A DNA stretch of 32,000 nucleotides, taken from positions 1-32,000 of the forward strand of contig NZ_QLIR01000010.1 of assembly GCF_003428155.1 (NCBI RefSeq), written 5' to 3'. Below are positions 27,406 through 32,000 of the stretch, in pieces (the first letter of the stretch is position 1; every line of letters starts with the position of its first letter). This DNA comes from Fastidiosibacter lacustris. GTDB taxonomy: Bacteria > Pseudomonadota > Gammaproteobacteria > Francisellales > Francisellaceae. The notes under the pieces are model-generated. The model had not been told where the DNA came from. It was given only the letters and a program-made list of their open reading frames with translations, and searched no databases. The position numbers and the translations under genes were made by a program.

Positions 27406-28206
27406 GTGAAATTTGAAGAAATTATTCCATTCAGTAAAAAAATAAATGTTTTAAATTTGGGATCTAAGATGATAGAGGGTGATCCATCTGGTTATGAGAG
27501 TTTACCTAACATAAACGTGGTTAAAATTGATGGAAATAATGTTAATGATGAAACCCTAACGGTGATTATCGGAGATAGTTCTGAAAAAACTTTTTATAAC
27601 TGTAATTTGGAGACTTGCTCATCTCTTTTTTCACCAAATTTTGAGCTTATGGATTTATATAACAATATTTCAGAGTGGCTCACAGTTATTTCATATCACA
27701 AAGTTAGTACCAAAAACTTCAAAGATTTACATTTATCTTATTTGCCAGATTACACTAAATCAGATTTACAAGGTTCTAACCTAATGACAATTCAATATGG
27801 TGGAAAATATACAGATCATGCTCTAGTTATTGAGGTAGAGGTTGAATTTATTCAGCAGTATGTTATTTCAGAAATTGAACAAGTGTTAAGAGAAAAGAGG
27901 GTTAAGTTTCATACTTTTACTGGTTATGGGTCAAGACTGCTCAAACCAATGTTGTTTGTAGATAATCCGTTTCAAGCATTTAATCAATGGATGTGGGGGC
28001 ATGCTGTCTTTATTAAAGATATTACAGGCTATAAAAAACTATCAGAAGAAAAGCTTTACAAGCTTTCTCAAATAGCACATAACGTCTATTCTTCCTATGA
28101 CTTGAGTGCACATTGTCTATCCATAATTGATAACAGAATTGGATCTAACCTTGTTAAAAGGTATTTGAGCTCAATAAAGGAAGTAAAGTATGAAGTCGAT
28201 GAATAA
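27406..28206 (+). CDS. FkbM-family (Methyltransf_21)-like methyltransferase-fold protein, divergent
   Basis: 266 aa with a GTG start. The layout resembles FkbM proteins as I recall them. LNLGS stands for DVGA; TCSSLFSPN for SSL..PN; DYTKSDLQGSNLMTIQYG for DFLKIDTQGAEL.VL.G; LVIEVEVEF for v.iE.ef; and WGHAVFIKD for gDAlF. The glycine-rich SAM motif is poorly conserved. The coding call is firm; the function call is tentative. Confidence 0.45.
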   Translation: MKFEEIIPFSKKINVLNLGSKMIEGDPSGYESLPNINVVKIDGNNVNDETLTVIIGDSSEKTFYNCNLETCSSLFSPNFELMDLYNNISEWLTVISYHKVSTKNFKDLHLSYLPDYTKSDLQGSNLMTIQYGGKYTDHALVIEVEVEFIQQYVISEIEQVLREKRVKFHTFTGYGSRLLKPMLFVDNPFQAFNQWMWGHAVFIKDITGYKKLSEEKLYKLSQIAHNVYSSYDLSAHCLSIIDNRIGSNLVKRYLSSIKEVKYEVDE

Positions 28207-29458
28207 TTTTATTATTTTTATATGCGCACAAAATTTCTCGGTCATTGCATTTAGATTTTTTCAGCTTCTTTTAGCTTGGGTGACATTAGCGCAGACACAT
28301 TCTGGTTATCTTTTGGGCGTGGTTGTGACTGTATCCTGGATTGCGAATATTATATTTTTGCCATTTTCTGGTTACTGCTTAGATCGATATAAAAAGGGAT
28401 TAGTAATTTTTCTTGCTAACTTTGTTTCATTGATATTGATTTTAATGTTTTTTATCAATTTGATATGTTTTTCTTATAATTTGATGATTGTTATTCTGAT
28501 AACCATAATACTAAGTGTCGCAGATTCAATTCTTTTGTCGGCGCCTAACACAATTATTCCCTTTATTGTTGAAAAAGAGAAGATAAGTAAGTTTACTGGT
28601 TTTTGGGGCAGTATTGCTTCTTTACAAACAATTATCGGTGCACTGGCTGGTGGAAGTACAATGGCTCTGTTTGGTGACAAATTATCAATCTTGATAATTG
28701 CTTGTTTATATTTTGTTGCTCTGATTTTTAGTTTTATTTTAATGAAAAATAAATTACTACTACATGCATCTATTGCTAAAGGGCAGGAATTTTATCAGCA
28801 GCTATTAAAAGGTTTTAGTGTTTTAGTCAAATTAACTCCTGAGCGTACGTTATGTCTTATTGGTATAACGGGTAATTTTGTAGTGACGCCACTTTTAATG
28901 ATCCTACTACCTGTATATATACAGATATTCTTAAACCTATCAATTATATATCTCGCAATCATGGAGATTTGCTTTGGCTTAGGTTTATTGATAACGAGCA
29001 TGCTTGTAGGGAAGCTGCTTTCAAAAGATGTGAAGAGGCTAACTTTAATTTTAACTGGAAATACCCTTACAGCAATTAGCATCATGTTATTCCCTGTGGT
29101 CAGTTTTTTATACTTGAAACTGCTCTTGCTTTTTCTTATTGGAAGCGGTCTCGCACTGAATAACATTTCAACGAGTTCTCTACGTGCATTAGCTGTGCCG
29201 GATGATATTAGAGGAAGACTTGAGTCGGCTATCTATTTTTTTTGTATTTTATCCATCCCCGCTGGTAGTTATACCTTTGGGATATTCACTCAAACAAAGC
29301 AGAGTCAACAGATCACTGTCATTATGATTATTATGGGCAGCATGATTTTATTCTCATTACTATTTATTCTGCTATCGCCACTGACATATAAAACCTTATT
29401 ATGTAAAGACAGAGACCTTAAAAATTATTACAAAAGAAGGTTTCCAAATATCCTTTAA
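28190..29458 (+). CDS. MFS transporter, DHA3/EntS-like efflux type
   Basis: 422 aa with about 12 TM segments. The N-terminal pattern FRFFQLLLAWVTLAQTHSGYLLGVVVTVSWIANIIFLPFSGYCLDRYKK is typical of the MFS_3/DHA3 family. AAGGAAG SD. 17-nt overlap with the upstream gene. Confidence 0.85.
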   Translation: MKSMNNFIIFICAQNFSVIAFRFFQLLLAWVTLAQTHSGYLLGVVVTVSWIANIIFLPFSGYCLDRYKKGLVIFLANFVSLILILMFFINLICFSYNLMIVILITIILSVADSILLSAPNTIIPFIVEKEKISKFTGFWGSIASLQTIIGALAGGSTMALFGDKLSILIIACLYFVALIFSFILMKNKLLLHASIAKGQEFYQQLLKGFSVLVKLTPERTLCLIGITGNFVVTPLLMILLPVYIQIFLNLSIIYLAIMEICFGLGLLITSMLVGKLLSKDVKRLTLILTGNTLTAISIMLFPVVSFLYLKLLLLFLIGSGLALNNISTSSLRALAVPDDIRGRLESAIYFFCILSIPAGSYTFGIFTQTKQSQQITVIMIIMGSMILFSLLFILLSPLTYKTLLCKDRDLKNYYKRRFPNIL

Positions 29459-29486
29459 TAATTTAAGAGTAAGAGGGAGTGAAGAA

Positions 29487-30533
29487 ATGATCAATGTAGC
29501 CGAAATAAATTGGGCAAAACCTTCGAATTATAATGCCAGTCAACTAATTCATCTTAATAATCAAGAAGCTATAGAAAGTCTAATTTACCTGTCAGAGTTT
29601 ATTGAAGTAGATGTTAAACTACTCAATACTCTGAGCATAGATCGCTTTAAAAATAAGTTATATAAACACATGCCTCAATTATATATTACTCATGAAGCTG
29701 TTAAAACCGCAGTTGAAGATGGTGAGCTTAATTTAGCCAAAAACTACATTACATCGTTTATCAACCTGATCAATAAACCTACTAAAGATAAGTCACAATC
29801 TTCATGTAGAATATTAAGATATAGTTCAGGATATAATAAAGTGTTAATGGGTGCAGTTATTAATATTACTGGACGTGATCGTAAAACTACTTACAAAAAT
29901 AATTACAGAGGAGAACAAACTGTCATAAATGTTCCTACTGAAAGTCAATTTATAGTGACCAGCAATATAGTAAAGCAAGTATTTTCAATCCTAGAAAGAA
30001 TTGAACCTATTCATTACGATGAGATTAATACTGTAGTAAATGAAATTATTGTGATTGAGTCTAATGGCATAAATGCAGCTACTTATCTTAACCATTTGGG
30101 AGCAATTTATATTAGAGCTTACAAAGAAAAAACTGAGCATTGGTCAAGAATTGTAGAACATATTACTCATGAAGCCGCTCATAACTTACTCTATCATATT
30201 TGGTTTAGGGAAAGAATTCTGATTGATGACAATGGATTATTCTATACTCCTTTTCGCCTGGACTACAGACCAATTAGTGGCGTTTTTCACGCGATGTTTG
30301 TATTAGCCAGAACTATATACACATTTAATTATTTACTCCAAGCAGAAATAAGTAACTTATCTTACGAAGATATTAGTAGCCATTATAATGAAGCCAATAA
30401 TACACTGAAATTTAAGGAAAAATTTCGACAGACAGTAAATGTATTAAATAGCTCAAAGAAATTGACTGTATTTGGAGAAAAAATAATTAATGATTGTATT
30501 GAATTAGTACATAAATGTCACATTGGAATATAG
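29487..30533 (+). CDS. Stand-alone HExxH-motif protein, putative peptide-modifying enzyme (TIGR04267-like; alpha-KG-dependent peptide beta-hydroxylase family)
   Basis: 348 aa with a GAGGGAG SD. HEAAH at aa 228-232 (nt 30168-30182) sits in the context SRIVEHITHEAAHNLLYHIWF. Downstream, YTPFRLDYRPISGVFHAMFVLARTIYTF matches my recollection of the family's second conserved block (P.R...RP..G..H). No signal peptide. Confidence 0.55.
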   Translation: MINVAEINWAKPSNYNASQLIHLNNQEAIESLIYLSEFIEVDVKLLNTLSIDRFKNKLYKHMPQLYITHEAVKTAVEDGELNLAKNYITSFINLINKPTKDKSQSSCRILRYSSGYNKVLMGAVINITGRDRKTTYKNNYRGEQTVINVPTESQFIVTSNIVKQVFSILERIEPIHYDEINTVVNEIIVIESNGINAATYLNHLGAIYIRAYKEKTEHWSRIVEHITHEAAHNLLYHIWFRERILIDDNGLFYTPFRLDYRPISGVFHAMFVLARTIYTFNYLLQAEISNLSYEDISSHYNEANNTLKFKEKFRQTVNVLNSSKKLTVFGEKIINDCIELVHKCHIGI

Positions 30534-30588
30534 CTATAGCTATGCCTGGAATTTTTAGGCTAGAGCTAGCTTAGATAATCCCAAACCA

Positions 30589-30611
30589 CAAGAAAAACGA
30601 CCGTTTTCTTG
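30589..30611. terminator. Possible bidirectional hairpin between convergent genes
   Basis: CAAGAAAA-ACGACCG-TTTTCTTG: an 8-bp AT-rich stem with a 7-nt loop. No clean T tract on the plus strand. Confidence 0.25.
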
Positions 30612-30740
30612 GCGGTCCAAAAATTTGTATATCTAAGTGTAAAATCAGCAAGTAAACTCATTGTGAAATTCAACATTAATTTGTATTATCAGATTTATAT
30701 TTATTAGAGTTCTTTATCATGCCTAGAAATATTTTTAAAT

Positions 30741-32000
30741 TCAAATCCCGGATATAGTCATAGGCATCTGATTATTCATTTTGCTTTGACGTATAACACC
30801 CTTTGTTTTATCTGACAAATCAATATGAGTAAGTGCTAGATCATATAACGATGCGGTTAGAAGTCGTCCTTCATACATTGAAAACGCCTTACAAATCGCA
30901 TTTTGCATGATTTCTTTTATGTCCTTAAAAACATATTCAACTGATATTCTATCCTTTGGTGTTGACATCATAGTATAAAATGTGCGTGCCATCCCCATAT
31001 TTGCTAGAAAATCAGGAATAACAGCAAGTTTAGCATCTAAAGATTGTGAACATAAACCATAGCAATATTCTCTTTCCACAAATGGATGATTTGCTCCACA
31101 TGAAATGAGCTCCAAACCATTTGTTATCATTTTATCAACTAAATTTTTCGCGATTATGTTTGATCCTGCCGCAGGAATAAGGACATCTATTTTTGTTATC
31201 GCTAGGATTTTATTAAATTCAGCATGAGACATATTATCTGGCAAAACCTTTAACACACGCCTTGCGCACACAAGATCATTAATTTGTTTGGCACTTAAAC
31301 CGTCATTCATAATCACACCAGCATCACGATCTGTCAGCGCAATGATTTTCGCTCCCGCTTGATGCAAATAGTAGGCAGCAGCAGCGCCAACATTACCTGC
31401 TCCTTGTACGTAGATACGCTTATTGTTCACATGCTCATTTTTTGCTTGATAATAAGCAATAACCGTCTGTGCAACGCCATAACCCGTAACCATTTCTGCT
31501 AACTTTACTTCACTTTCTGCAACCTTAACCACTGAATTTAATAGCAACATGTTTTGGTAAGCAGTTTGAGTTTTTATTTCATCACCCTTACAAAACGCAT
31601 GAATAATACCTTGTTGAGAGTTATCAAGACCTAAGCCACGTAAGATCTGATTAATTTTATGAATATCAGTGTTTAAGTCACTACCTGTTCCATAGTACTC
31701 AGCTAAAAGTGGACGAATAGCTTTATACCAACGCTCAAGCACACCATATTTATCTGGGCAATCAGGATCAAGTCGAATACCTGTTTTAGCGCCACCAATG
31801 GCAGGACCAGATAATGCAAATTTTATTTCCATAATTTTAGCAAGGGTTGTTACTTCTTCTAACGTGATACGCTCATGCACACGTGTACCACCACCTGCTG
31901 CATTGCCACGTAAAGAGTTAATTACTAAAAAACCATGCGCAGAAGACTTCTTATCTCTCCATTGAAATGTAATTTCTGGTTCTTGTTGTGAAAATTGTTC
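30741..32000 (-). CDS. Glu/Leu/Phe/Val-family amino acid dehydrogenase (5' end beyond the window)
   Basis: The frame stays open upstream of the track's GTG at 31880 to the window edge: ...HGFLVINSLRGNAAGGGTRVHERITLEEV. Also has the catalytic region AIGGAKTGI and the Rossmann motif VQGAGNVGAAAAYYL. At least 419 aa are visible. Confidence 0.85.
   Translation of the reverse strand, partial: EQFSQQEPEITFQWRDKKSSAHGFLVINSLRGNAAGGGTRVHERITLEEVTTLAKIMEIKFALSGPAIGGAKTGIRLDPDCPDKYGVLERWYKAIRPLLAEYYGTGSDLNTDIHKINQILRGLGLDNSQQGIIHAFCKGDEIKTQTAYQNMLLLNSVVKVAESEVKLAEMVTGYGVAQTVIAYYQAKNEHVNNKRIYVQGAGNVGAAAAYYLHQAGAKIIALTDRDAGVIMNDGLSAKQINDLVCARRVLKVLPDNMSHAEFNKILAITKIDVLIPAAGSNIIAKNLVDKMITNGLELISCGANHPFVEREYCYGLCSQSLDAKLAVIPDFLANMGMARTFYTMMSTPKDRISVEYVFKDIKEIMQNAICKAFSMYEGRLLTASLYDLALTHIDLSDKTKGVIRQSKMNNQMPMTISGI

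Noticed and set aside
29487-30533. HExxH protein as a secreted zinc metalloprotease or effector
   Set aside because: No signal peptide, and no third-ligand context typical of thermolysin or metzincin clans that I can recognise. The operon context with a short peptide ORF and an exporter fits a modification enzyme better. This remains the main alternative until a profile search is run.
30531-30568. Palindrome TAGCTATAGCTA and the imperfect inverted repeat TAGCTATAGC...GCTAGAGCTA, considered as a mobile-element end or att site
   Set aside because: I could not find a matching copy at the left island boundary by eye, and there is no integrase or transposase. It may simply be a weak transcription stop. 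Left as unexplained.
30542-30574. 10-aa ORF MPGIFRLELA after the HExxH gene, considered as an alternative precursor
   Set aside because: No SD, and it lies inside palindromic DNA. Too short and unsupported.
1-32000. CRISPR arrays, IS elements, prophage genes, rRNA, tandem repeat arrays
   Set aside because: None were detected on visual scanning. No regularly spaced repeats and no transposase- or integrase-like ORFs in the six-frame track.

Overview
AT-rich gammaproteobacterial chromosome segment. The gene content looks Legionellales-like, but that is an inference from recalled family motifs; no searches were run. About 25 kb is conserved housekeeping: a FimT/GspH-like minor pilin, tRNA-Lys(UUU), uvrD, mpl, hldE, lpxH, fmt, an orphan FecCD permease, minCDE joined by a TAATG overlap to mlaFEDCB-ibaG, a ROK kinase, rpsA, tusE, a MOP-type flippase, a class-I aminotransferase, and a BarA/GacS/LetS-type tripartite sensor kinase. 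The accessory part lies at about 25.2-30.7 kb. It holds a decayed, 5'-truncated metC pseudogene, an sseA-type sulfurtransferase, and a compact, visibly more AT-rich unit. That unit starts with a 39-aa Lys-rich peptide ORF (27217-27336) that is too short for the ORF track and has a strong SD. A strong intrinsic terminator follows it, ending 18 nt before a divergent FkbM-like methyltransferase gene. A DHA3-like MFS exporter and a stand-alone HExxH protein come next; the latter matches the family I recall as TIGR04267, alpha-KG-dependent peptide beta-hydroxylases. This is my best candidate for an undescribed RiPP-like peptide modification and export system. A regulatory leader-peptide attenuator is the main alternative. 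A second signal sits at the left edge: a perfect-hexamer sigma70 promoter (TTGACA-N16-TATAAT, minus strand) drives a GGA-rich, almost C-free non-coding transcript off the window. That is reminiscent of Csr/Rsm-type sponge RNAs, which BarA/GacS/LetS systems control. No CRISPR array, IS element, integrase or rRNA was seen.
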